Source of the DNA: Chrysomallon squamiferum
Taxonomy: Eukaryota > Animalia > Mollusca
DNA length: 64,000 bases
Direction of reading: 5' to 3'
NCBI GenBank assembly: GCA_012295275.1
Contig: CM022679.1
Location: 20,894,001-20,958,000 of the forward strand
Under the pieces are notes generated by a model, which searched no databases, was not told where the DNA came from, and saw only the letters and a list, made by a program, of their open reading frames with translations. The position numbers and the translations under genes are program-made. How positions within the stretch are numbered: the first letter of the stretch is position 1; every line of letters begins with the position of its first letter. Positions 37,998 to 50,900 of the stretch are shown here, one piece after another.

Positions 37998-38879
37998 TGC
38001 AATGTATTAATTTAGTAATCTTGATGTTACTGGGCATGTCCAAAAAAAAGTATAATAAATATATTAATACATAGCAGACAATGCTGTTTAAATATCAATA
38101 TAGTATTTTGAAAAAAAGAAATAACTGAAAATAATCAAAACAAACATCCTTTAAATAATGTTAATTTGTCCTTAGTGAAAATAGGCAATTAAAATTACTT
38201 TTTAATTATTTATTTTTTTTAATTAATATATATATTTTTTATTATTATTATTTTTCAAATTTTTTTTTAATTTTTTTTTTTTTTTTTTTTTTTATTAATA
38301 TGAGATGTGTATTCTCAGTTGTTACAGAAATCTACATCAATACTGTTTCCCTGAACAAAACTGTTTTGATATTTAACACTGAAAGTTTAAAATAAAATTA
38401 AAGGTTTTTTTTCTTTTGTGCTGTTTGGGTATTTTTACACTGCAATTTTGTTATAGATTAACTATCTAAAATTATTCAGATTTACTAAGCTTTGTAAATA
38501 AATATGTAAAAATGTTTTTTCAATAAAGTATATATATTTTTTTAAGCTTCTGGTTTGTCTTTATTTTAATTAATTAATTTTAATTATTATTGTTAGTTCT
38601 GTGAAAGGACAAAAAACCCTGAAAATGTTTAACATTTCAAAATTCACTTTTTTAAATGTAAATTATACGCAGTAAATTGTAGTGCTAAACATTAAAAACT
38701 AATTAAAATCTGTTATCTGTTTTTGATTTAATATTTAATAAAAATTTTAATTTATTTATATTAATTTCAATGTGTCATTTTATATACTGTAAATTTTTTA
38801 TGAGGTTGATTATTTATTTATTTATTTATTAGTTACTCTAGTTATATAGCAAAAATAACTAATGTTCTCCAAATTGTAA

Positions 38880-38975
38880 CGTACGAACATCGGAAAACAA
38901 TGTATGACATATAAACGGCACTTCCGGTATTGAAAACGACACGTTAGTGAAAACACCGGAAGCCACGAAGGCAAA
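38880..38975 (+). promoter_or_regulatory. USO1 proximal promoter / 5' UTR with an inverted pair of ETS sites
   Basis: CpG-rich patch; ACTTCCGGT at 38920-38928 and ACCGGAAGC at 38955-38963 flank GACACGT. Confidence 0.5.
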
Positions 38976-41900
38976 ATGGACTATTTACGAAAATATCTGG
39001 GTGCTCAGCCGGGAGAAAATCAGCCAACAGGTGCAGAAACGGTAATGTATAATGTTTGCTGTAAAATAAAAGCAAATGAATAAATTGTTCGTTTTGCGGT
39101 TTTTTGTAGTAATATCCAAGTTTTTACAATTATTCGCAGAACATGCACTGATGTAGTATCACGAGAATGATGAGTATGATTCAATGATAAGTTGATATTC
39201 TTTGATTTCTGTGATGTTTTCACAACGATTTTAAATTTACGTGATGAAAACTGAGATGTCTGATAATATTTCTTTCAATAATAAAAAAATAAAAAAAAAT
39301 TTGTGTACAAAATTAAAACAAAAACAAAAAGAATGATAAACAGCAATAAATTATAATATAGATTTTATTATATTTTACATATTGAAGTTCAAGATGAACA
39401 TTTCATGTCTATTTTTATAATAATATTTAGTTTTATTAAAGTTGCTCAACTGAATAGTAAAGTGTCCCTATTCAGGTTTATTATTTAAAGATGATTATTT
39501 TTGTTTTCTCTGTCAGGTTGAACGTCTGTGCGAGCGAGTCCAGTCATCAACCCTTCTAGATGACCGCCGAGATGCAGTCCGAGCTCTTAAAGCACTTTCA
39601 AAGGTAACAACAAGAACATGAAAAAATAAATAATGATTATTTAGATTAGAACAAAAAATTAATTTTAAAACTACATTTAACTTTGTTTTAGCAAAGTAAT
39701 ATTTTACCATTTATACTATAATCTGTATATAAATTATAGTTGTTCTAAAGGTAATTTTTAGCATTCATCACTTTAATTTTTATTTTTATTATTATTTTTC
39801 ATGTATATTTGTAATAATTGTTTCAGTCAGGTTTAACTCTTTTTTTTCTTGTCTATTAACTTTAATAATATTAGCAAATAAATACCATATTATAATTTGT
39901 AATTTATTTTAAATTTTAATATGAACTGTACTTTAAATTTCTTATTGTGAAATTTATTTTGAAGTTTAATTCAATTTTCTTGTACTAGTGGTGTTGTAAT
40001 ATTGACTGTTTTCTTTTTTGTAGAAGTTCCGCCTGGAGGTTGGGACTCAGGCAATGGATAGTTTGATAAACGTTTTACAGAATGACAGGTAAATATTTGA
40101 GTACAAATTGTATATTTTACTTTTATTTTACATTTGTCACTTTTGTGTGATACATGGCTATTGCTATTCTTTTTTTAAAACGATACACAGACAGATGCAC
40201 ACATTTTTATACAAATCTAAAGTAACTGTTTGAATTTTAAGCTAATATAGTAAGTTTGAATTAAGTGCACTTTTTCAAACAATATTTTTTTGGTTTTATT
40301 TTAAAGTTTACTTAGAATGTGTCACGAACAACTAAATATAATTTAATTTTTCCAGTACAATAAAGTATCCCTGTAGACTAGTTGTTTGAATCAGCAGTCT
40401 TCCATTTAATATACTTTGAGGTGTTTACTATATTTAATTACATCAGCTTGTGAAAATAATAAAGAATGACAATGAAATGCAAAGCCTCTGAAAATGCTTG
40501 AATAACATATAATTATATTTTGTAAGTTGTCAATGTATAATTTATGGTATAAAATGGTGTCAAACTTGTTTTGTAGGAATGATGCTGAAATAACTGGTTA
40601 CACTTTAGAAACGCTGTATAATGTAATGTCCAATGAACTAGCAGATGATGGTAAGAAAAATCACTAGCACAATAATGCTGAATAATCATAATTTAATTTG
40701 AAGTAGTTCTGTAGTCTAATTTATAATCTATTTTGTTTATAATAATTAATATGGTTAAGGAAAATTGTTAGTATGACATTAAGAATGAAAAGTGTATATG
40801 AGAATGATGCTGAAACTTGATCTCATATTCCCCTTAATGTTTATTTATTTATTTTTTTATTTTTTATTTTTTATTTTTTTTTTTTTGCTCTTCAGTTGGA
40901 ATCATCTAAAGCAGATTATTATTATTATAATTTATGTAAATAAAAATTTCATAAATTTTGTAAAAGAGAAAATAACCCAAATTACTTATTTATTATTTAT
41001 TTAATTGTGAGAAGATATGACTATTTCCATTATAACAAATCTTTATTGGTAGTTTTTAAAGTAATTCTAACCATTTATTTTAGAATGTGAAGTTCCACAG
41101 AATGTTCCTGGAGACCTTGGTGCCCAGTTTACAGAAATCTTCATCAAGAAACATGAAAATGTATCTCTTTTGCTGTCTTTATTGGAAGTAAGTGTACTTG
41201 ATTCATCTGTCACATCACAGTTTGGTCATCCTCCAGAGAGAGAGGAGTTGAACCACACTCTCCATGTGAAAAATACAACTAAGCTAACAGAAACATTTCC
41301 ACAAGCTATTAATGAGATATCGATTAGATGTTAATATTAATGATAGTACCAGAATCATTAATGTTAGAAGCCATTTTTCTACAGATGGAAGTAAAAAGGA
41401 AATTTCCTCCACTATCTGGTTTCTGTAGGATATATAATAAAGAACTCAGCATCCCCTGAGGGTAGTTGATGACCCAGGATCCTCGGTGCACAAATTATGT
41501 GGTCTCTCGAATAAATTAATAGTTATATAACTAAATTTCCATTAGCTCATTAGCTACAGCCTGTTACGAATACTTGATACCTTGTACTCTGCTGTAATTC
41601 AAATACTGCCACCAGATGTTTTGTACAAATGTTTACTTAATATTATTATGTGCTGTTCATCACTGTTGCTTTCATCGTAGTCTGATGTTGGATTGGTCAT
41701 ATTTTGTAAACTAGCTGAATGCAACAAAAACAAAACAAAAGTTTTTAAAAATTATAATTATTCTTGACTTGTATGGATAATATTGTGTTGATCATATTTA
41801 AAATATTAAGATTAACTGTTGCATAAAATTGTTCAAAGATTTATCAAGTCTTATCTTAATTAGCTGTTCTTTAAATTAAAATGATTTCAGTAAGATAGAT

Positions 41901-44900
41901 ATGTGTATATATATATCATATAATTGTAATTTATTAAGAGAAATCATTCATTTCTGTAACTAATATATGAAAAAATGTATTTAAAAAATTATTATTATTA
42001 TTATTATTATTTTAAAATTGTTTTAGGAGTATGATTTCCATGTACGATGGCCGACTGTCAAACTGCTGACAGTTTTGTTGACTAACAAGGGAAAAGATCT
42101 GCAGGAGTGCATCCTTGTCAGTCCAATGGGCGTGTCCAAGTTGATGGATCTCTTGTCAGACAGCAGGGAAATAATCAGAAATGACGTAAGTTTTATTAGT
42201 TTCAAAATGTCTCAGGTACTTTTATTATTATAGTTTTCTGACAGTTTAAATAATTTTATGATCTGTAGTTGTACCTATTTTATGTAATATTTAATTTATT
42301 GTCTTCAGAGACAGAGCAATAACATAGACAGATTTGGTAAAGGTTGTGAAATATTCTTAGAACAAATTTACAATAAAAAAAAAAAAAAAAAAAAAATATT
42401 TCGGTACTTTGTTGGGTTTGTGTTTACAAACTCATCATGGTTGTTGTTTTGGTGTCCTCCCATTAAATAAATAATTCTTTGTTTGATCAAACATTTAATA
42501 AACATGCATACAGACATGTCAGTATTTTTTCATGTGTTTAAAATATGTATGTGTGTGTGTGTGTATATTTATTTCTGTCTATCTGTATATTTTGTTTCCT
42601 TTTCAGGCACTGTTACTTCTCATACAATTGACAAAAGGAAATGCAAACATTCAGAAAATAGTAGCTTTTGAAAATGCCTTTGAAAGATTGCTGGACATCA
42701 TTAAAGATGAAGGAAGCAGTGATGGAGGTAAAATTAAATGTATTAATTATTTTTGTGGCTTTTTGTTGAAACACTTGGACTAAAATTCAGTTTCATTATG
42801 ATATTTATATCTATATAATTGTGTGATCATATAATCCTTCTTTTTTCATTTTCATATTATATTTCATTTATTTATTTATTTATTTTATTTTTAAATTTTT
42901 TTTTTTTTTTTATTGTTTTACCACATTTTATTAAGTATGAAATATCTGGCATTGATAAATTTCTGTAGGTCACATACAGTTTACACATTTTGATTGTTGA
43001 GAATTTGATGAAATTAATATTTGCATAAATAATCTATAAAAAAATTATCAACTGAATTGTGTTAAATTATTGTTTAAATTACCATATCTGTTATTTTTAT
43101 ATTTATCTGATTTGTATACAAATTTGTATGTATGTATGTTATTTTAAAATATTATGGGTAAGTGGGTTTATAAATCTTTATTTGAATTTTATGTCTTTGT
43201 ATATTAAAATATATATGATTTTTTTTTTGTGTTTTTAGGAATCGTGGTAGAAGATTGCCTTTTGCTGCTTCTGAACCTGCTGAAGAACAACATATCAAAC
43301 CAGAACTTTTTCAAAGAAGGAAGTTTCATCCAGCGACTGGCTCTCTTCTTTGACTTGGATTCAACTGAACAGCACACGCAAGGTGGATGGTCAGCTCAGA
43401 AAGTCACAAACATTCACCTCATGTTACAGGTAAATTGTGGCAGAGTCTTGCCTGTAGATTACAGTTCATAAAGACTGCTTAATATGTGACTATAGAGAAG
43501 CTGAGTAATTGAACTATGAAGGCATATATTATTTATAGATAACAGTTAAAAAAAATCACTTGATATGTCATTATATGACTAGAAGTAAGTTGAGCAATGA
43601 TGATCTGAACCCATGGATTAAAGCTGTTTTGTTACTTTAAAATACTGTTATTGATATTTAACCCATTGAACCCAAGTGGTTCCAGTGTTAAACAGAACAA
43701 AAATGTTCAAACCTGATGGGTTAACATTTTTATCATCACTAGTTGTTTTTATTAATAATGCCGTCCTCTTTAGATATTCTGTCAGTCAGCTTGTAGAAAC
43801 CAAAAATGGTTATTAAAGTTTTCTATCATTTTGCTTGGGAAGCTCAGAGTACAAAGGGTTAAAGTTGTATTGAATATTTTAGTGACAAGATGGTGGTGCT
43901 TAGAAGTAGTGTATCTGACATAAACAGTGATGTGTCAAGTGTTAAGATAGTATTGTATCAGAAATTAAAGTGTTGTATCAGGTGTTAAAATAGTAGTGTA
44001 TCAGGTGTTAAAATAGTAATGTATCAGCTGTTAAAATAGCCTTGTGTCACATGTTAACATAGTATTGTATTAAATATTAAGATACCTTTATATCAGATGT
44101 TAATGTAGAGTTGTATTAGGTGTTAAACTAATTTCTATCAGGTGTTAAATTAATTTGTATCAGGTGTTAATGTATCAACTGTTAAAATAGACTTGTAACA
44201 GATGTTAAAATAATATATTAGCTGTTAAGATAGTGTTGTATCAGAATTTAGCTAGTATTGTATCATTATTTACAAATTTTAATCAGCTATTAACACAGTA
44301 TTATATTAGATATTAAAATAATTTTCTATCATATGTTAACATATTATTGTAACAAAGCTTCACTCACTGTTTTGCAGCTTGTTCGTACAATGGTTTCTCC
44401 AAACAACCCACAACAGCAAACAACTTCGTGTCAGAAGGCAATGAACAACTGTGGTTTGTATTCACTTTATTTTAACACACACAAAAATTAATGTTTCAAG
44501 AAAGCTTTTTCCTTTAAACTTTTGTGTCAGAAAGGTGTATTAAAATCAGCATCATCAGTATCTTGAGGCTTTTTTGAAGTTATTTATTAGAATGTAAATA
44601 TATATATTTATAAATCACATTAATACTTATAATAAATACATTCCACTTGCCCTTCATAAAAAATATTCTCACCGCATATAGAAGTGTTAATGCATAACTA
44701 AATGTATATTTATTTACATACATACATACATAAATACATACATACATACATACATTATATATATATTTATATAGTTATTAACTACAAATCTGAATGTTTG
44801 GTTTCAATGTTTAGGTCTTCTTCGTCAGTTATGTACAATATTAATGGCAAGTGGTGTCCCTGCAGATGTTCTTACTGAGGTTCGTACTCACCTTTATTCT

Positions 44901-47900
44901 ACAAATTATTTCTTATGTCAGTATGTTATTCACCACATTAAAAAACCAAATTCCCATATATAGCTGAGTTGCAACATAATAAGAAAATAATATAATTATT
45001 TTATGACAAAAAAACACATTATCTGGTATAAGTTTTGATACTTACCCTCTATATGACATCTGTGACATAAAAAAGGGCATATATTAATGAACATACATAC
45101 TATATATTTCTTAAAAACAAAAGAAAAAGATTATGACAGCAGAAAATGTTTAATTCCTAATTATTTTTGAAAATTAAAAGGAGTAAATGTGTTGTATATA
45201 ATTGTTAAGAACAATTTCTGTAGATACAAAACTGGATACAGTGTCATTAAAAACAACTAATTATGTAAGTGGAATTTTTAGTATTTTTTTAGTGTTGACA
45301 AAATTAACTTGGGTCACATAACTGTGGTGTTTGACTATTTTACTCTGGAGTTTGTTATTTGTAACCATATTTATTTATTTTTTGTAGAGACAGGATTTTT
45401 TCCCCCTCTGAATCAGTATACAATGGTTGGCATGAAATTTTAATTGTATATTGTATTCATTAATAAATGAAAAGATTAAAATGAGTTTATGTTTATATAA
45501 TTTTTCAGACAATTAACACTGTGTCGGAAGTTATCCGAGGCAATCCAGCAAATCAGGAGTATTTTGCATCAGTTCTAGCTCCATCAAATCCTCCAAGGTG
45601 AATATCTTCTGTATACCACATGCTGTAACCAAATATTAGCAAATCTTTGTTCTAGAACAGATATGTATTTAACATTCAACCTGTACTGTAAAGATTGTAT
45701 CCCTGTTAAACTATATTAGACTTCTTTTTCACCTGAAACCATTTCTTTCTTCTCTTTTTTAAAATTAAAATTTATTTATTTATTTATTTTGTTAGTTAAT
45801 TTAACATGTGAAAGTATCTTTAATTTAGAACTAATAACTAACTAATCAAAATATGACATTGTGGTTGTGAAAATATTTTTAAAAATTGTTTATAGATTTT
45901 ATTAAGGGATAAATTTTTACTGAAACTGTTACTGGGTTGTAGAAAAAACAATAATAAACAGATTTTCAGTTTTCAAAACATTAAAATATTGATAAACTTT
46001 ACAAGACATATGTTCCTTGTTTTCATTTAATGCTTATGACAGCCCTGTTTGAAGATAAATATATGTATGTATGTTTGAATAAATAGAGTTAGAAACTGTG
46101 TTTTTAACTTGCAGACCTGCTATTGTTGTCCTGTTGATGTCGATGGTAAATGAGAAACAGCCATTTGTACTGCGGTGTGCTGTGCTGTACTGTTTTCAGT
46201 CATTTCTGTACAAAAACGAGGTTGGCCAGTCTCAGATAGTGCAGACTCTTTTACCTACAACAGCTGATGGTAGGTTTCAGCTTTAACAGTACAGTTAAAA
46301 CAATGACACACTACATCTGTTTTATTCAAAATATATTATTCCTTCTTTTTTGATATTGTTTGTATCTTCTATTTAAAACAGTGAATTATTTTTTAACTTG
46401 TTTTTTTTTATGGTGTCAAAATGTATTTATTTTGTTTTGTAATTGTTTTAACCAAACCAGTAGCCATATATGGTGTTTTTCTGTGCAAGTAATGACTAAA
46501 ACAATTACTAATTTTCCTATATGTAAATAATAATTTATTTTCCTGTGTCAGATGTGACTTTCTGTTAAACTTCACTACTTTATGTCTTACATTGGTATTA
46601 ACATATGTTATGAATTATAATAAAAAGCATAGCCAGAATTAAACTCATAGTAGTTTTAGTTGTTCTTGATTTACACTAATTAAACAGTTTACTGAAAATA
46701 TATGTATCTATGTATGTATGAATGACTTAAGGTTTAGATAATATGACTACACACAGTAAAAAATGTACAGTAATGTTGATTTCATAAATATAGATGTCCA
46801 ACCTATGTCCTAATCAACTTATGACCAATTGGCCAGAACATGGTCATAAGTTGATGGCTCTCTGTAATATTTTATTTTCCAGTGTACAAACACTTACTTA
46901 TTTTTCTATGAGCAAAACAACAAATTTCGTAACTGGAATTTTTTCTAAGCAAATGATGTAACATGATGATTTACTTTTGCACACAGTGAACACAATAACC
47001 GCTGGTCAGCTGCTGTGCGGAGGACTTTTCAGTGCAGATTCCCTGTCCAACTGGTTTGCAGCTGTTGCTATGCTGCATGCAGTGTTTGAGAACACAACTC
47101 AGAAAGAACAGCTGCTGAGGGTGCAGCTGGCGACGAGTCTGGGGAATCCACCAGTGTCACTGCTGCAGCAGTGCTGCAACATGCTGGCACAGGTAGGTGA
47201 GGTTAGTCGTGTCAGATCCTTCTGTCTTTACTTAGTGTTGTTCTTACGAAGATTATTGTTATAAAAACAATATATATTAATATACTGTCGCTACAATTAC
47301 CATAATAAAAACATACATTAATAGACAGCCACCACAGATATAATAACATTTAATAAAATATATTATAAAACAGTCACTGCAGTTGTCATAAAAATATATA
47401 TTAACAGACGGTCACTACAATTCTGTGACAGATGTCAGTAATGTGTATATTGCTGAAGAATTTTTATTAACATATCTTTTTATGTGAAAATAAGTTAATT
47501 GAAAAATTGCTATAGATTATATTTTTTCTAAAAGATATTTGTTTTCTTTATTTTCTTAATTGGAAGTGTCATTTTATTTCTAAAGGATAAAATTATAATT
47601 TAGTTTCTTTATTAATTACTGAGAGTAATTAGCATGTAAAAGATGATGGGGGCATTTTATATTTCTTCTGTACTTTTTTGAGGACTTTACAATTGTGTGT
47701 TTGTTTTCAATGTGTTAATTTTGTGTTTCAGGGAGGCAAAGTTCAAACACAAATTGGTCTTCTGATGTTAATGTGTGGCTGGATGTCAAACTGTCCTATT
47801 GCAGTCAGTCATTTCTTATCTAACACTGCAAATGTGCCTTATGTATCCTTTCTACATGTATATATAAACCAAAACTGATGAAAATTAATATACTGGTCAA

Positions 47901-50900
47901 TTTTTAATTTGGTTAATGATTGGCATAAATTTTCAACAGAGTTATAGACCTTTGCATAATACTCTCTTAATAATCTTATTCAGTTTTATTTATTTTATAT
48001 TTTTAAAATGAATTTAAAATAAAAGATATAATTGTCTTCTTTTTGTAACTTTAAAATAGCTGCATTCTGTAATTTATTTATTTATTTATTATTTAATTTA
48101 TTTTTTATTTGTATTTATTTATTTAGATTTTTTTACCTTTTTCACATTTTGATGGGGTGGGATCAGAAAAAGTTAATAAAAACAAATGTTATTCAGCATG
48201 GCTATTAAGAGTTTTCTTTTATTTTCTGTATTAAAAAAGTCCATCACAGAAAAGTGTTTATTTATTTTTAATTTTTTAATTTTAATTTGTTTTTTTTTTG
48301 TTTTTTTAAATTAATAATAACAAGCAGAGTGTAAAATAAACAGCTGTACTCTTACATTTCAATGTAAATACAATTTTAAAAGAGTTAAGAAATATTCTTT
48401 ATATTATATAATTTTATATTGTTTTCTTTAATTAAAATGGTCATTATATAGTAATTGTTGATATATATTTGGATAGTAATATATTGCATATTTGGGAAAA
48501 AAGTAACAAAAAACAAAAAGTTTCTGGATTGTTTTTTATCTTTATATATAAAATATTCCTTAACATAAAACAGCTGATATCTCAGGTGTGTGCATCAGAT
48601 GGAGATGAACAGGAATTGTTGATTCAAGGACTGTGTGCCTTCCTCCTAGGAATATGTATGATGTTCAATGATGACCAGAATGAATCATTTAAGAAGTAAA
48701 CAGATTTCTTATTTACTTGCACTGGCGATAAAAAAAGTTGCATGTTAAAATAGTCAGATTGGTTTCTTTAGGATACATTCACAAAATTCTCAGAATCTTT
48801 TGATTAAAAATACAGTCATACCCATCACTATGTCATTAATTAATTCTAAAAGGAGAGAAGTAATGTCTTAAAAATCCCTTACAGTTACAATGAACACTGT
48901 AAAACTAGTATAAATACTCCTGAAACAATAAACATTAAAACTTTTGCCAAGCCAAAAAAACCCCACATAAAAACACACTTTATGATTTGCCCTTAAAAAG
49001 TCTGAATTATGATGACAAACACCTTAAAATCAGAGTAAATATGAGAGTATGTGAAAGACTATAACTCATCAGGGCATCAAAATATTTATAGAATATTTTA
49101 TTTTTTTAAAGAATTTGTAAAAAGTTTAAATGTATTTATTTCGTATCCTTTTATTACAACATAGATGAAGTTGCTAACAGATGTAATAACGGATGTAATG
49201 ACATTCTCTGAACTGTAATTTACCCTAGAAGTGTTGTAATGGTGGATGTGATATAGTCTGAACTGACATAAAAGTGGGGTTTTACTGTATATTTTTTCTT
49301 TTGAAAAAATCTGTTATTATTTTTTACTAATCTTCAGAGCATCACTAAGACAAGTGATAGAAAACCGGATAGGACTTGAAGTGTTTACTGACAAACTGTC
49401 CCAGGTCAGTAAAAATGAAAACTACACAAGAGCAGCCAAGAAGCCACATTTAAATCACAAACAGCCCAGTGAAGTTCTCTTTGATTACGAATTCACCAGA
49501 CTGTACAAAGCTTTGGAAAGTGAGTTTATGTTTCTTTTAGCAGTTCTGTTTGTTACATGAAGCTGTTGAGTCACAACAGTTTTTTTTCATCTGAGTGATA
49601 CTGAGTCATATGATACATCAGTTTAGGTTATTTCTCGTTCTGGACTTAACATCATCACGTATCTTGTTGATGTTATTTATTATTATTATTATTAATATTA
49701 TTATTATTTTATTTTCTTACTTCATTATTAGCAAAGGCTGGGGAGGTTTCTGTTTTTTTAATTTTTGTTAAAGATAAAATAAAACTTTCACTTGGAAGCA
49801 TACAAACTATATTTTAGCTATGTATTAGGACAGTCACTCGTTTAGTGTAACTTCTTTGTTTTGATATACTAACATTGTCTCCTAATGCTTGGATAGTTAA
49901 TAAATGATAAATGGTATTTTGACTTACAAAGTAATGTTTTATGTCTTAACCCTTTTGATGCATTGGCAAGATAGGTTTGAAGACTGACTTTGGCAAGATA
50001 TCTCAACATAACACTTTAGTTTAAGTTAAATCATTAATTTTACTTAAGTAATTTTTTCCAAAATATCTGGCTCTGGATAGTAGTTGGTGTGCCATAATTT
50101 GACATACAGTTGATGAGGCCCTGGGCAGTTTCACTGAGTTAATGTTTATATGCTATTTTGTGTAGGTGAAGTGTTACAAACTGTTTGCTCAGCTAACCAC
50201 ACCACAGAAGGTATGAAGAAAGCTGCAAGTATACAAGAACATGAAAATATAGTCGACCATTATAAAGAATTAATTAAACAGCAGGTAAGGCATATTTATG
50301 ATCAACATTTCTTAACATATATACTTCTTAATAATTTGATTTTTGTCAATGATCATTTGATGTGACTGTGCCTATCTGACTTGTTATCCTTTACAACAAG
50401 TAATGTGCCATTTTGTCATGTCAAATGTGCTGTCCAAATCCTTTTCATAAATCTAAAGTTGTTGAATGTTTTTGGGGTTTTTTTTTCAGGATCAAAAATT
50501 AGCCGATGCATTAAGCAAACTAGAAGATTACAAATCTAAACATTCCATATCAGAGAAAAAGATTGTAGAGCTGGAGGATCAAGTGCAGCAACTAAAAGAT
50601 CAGAACGCTCTTTATAAAATGAAGAAAGGTAACAGAAAAATAATCATTTTCAGTAGGCAAGACAGAGTAACTTAGTTTTATGGATTTGTGAGAGTGTGTG
50701 AGTGTGTGTGTGTGCATGTGTGTGCATGCATGCATGAGTGTTGGAATGGCTGTTATTGTCAAAGTGTTGTGTTTCAAGCTCAAACCCCACAAAAATTATT
50801 CCATTTAATGAGAAAACAAAACTTGTAATTTTTTACTTTGATACAGAACTACAAACACAACAAGTATTAAAAATGTCAAATGAAAACATTTTGCTGAGCG

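Noticed and set aside
49143-49151. Second GTATCCTTT U12-donor-like motif in USO1 intron 15
   Set aside because: No upstream exon or matching U12 branch site; that intron has ordinary U2 ends.
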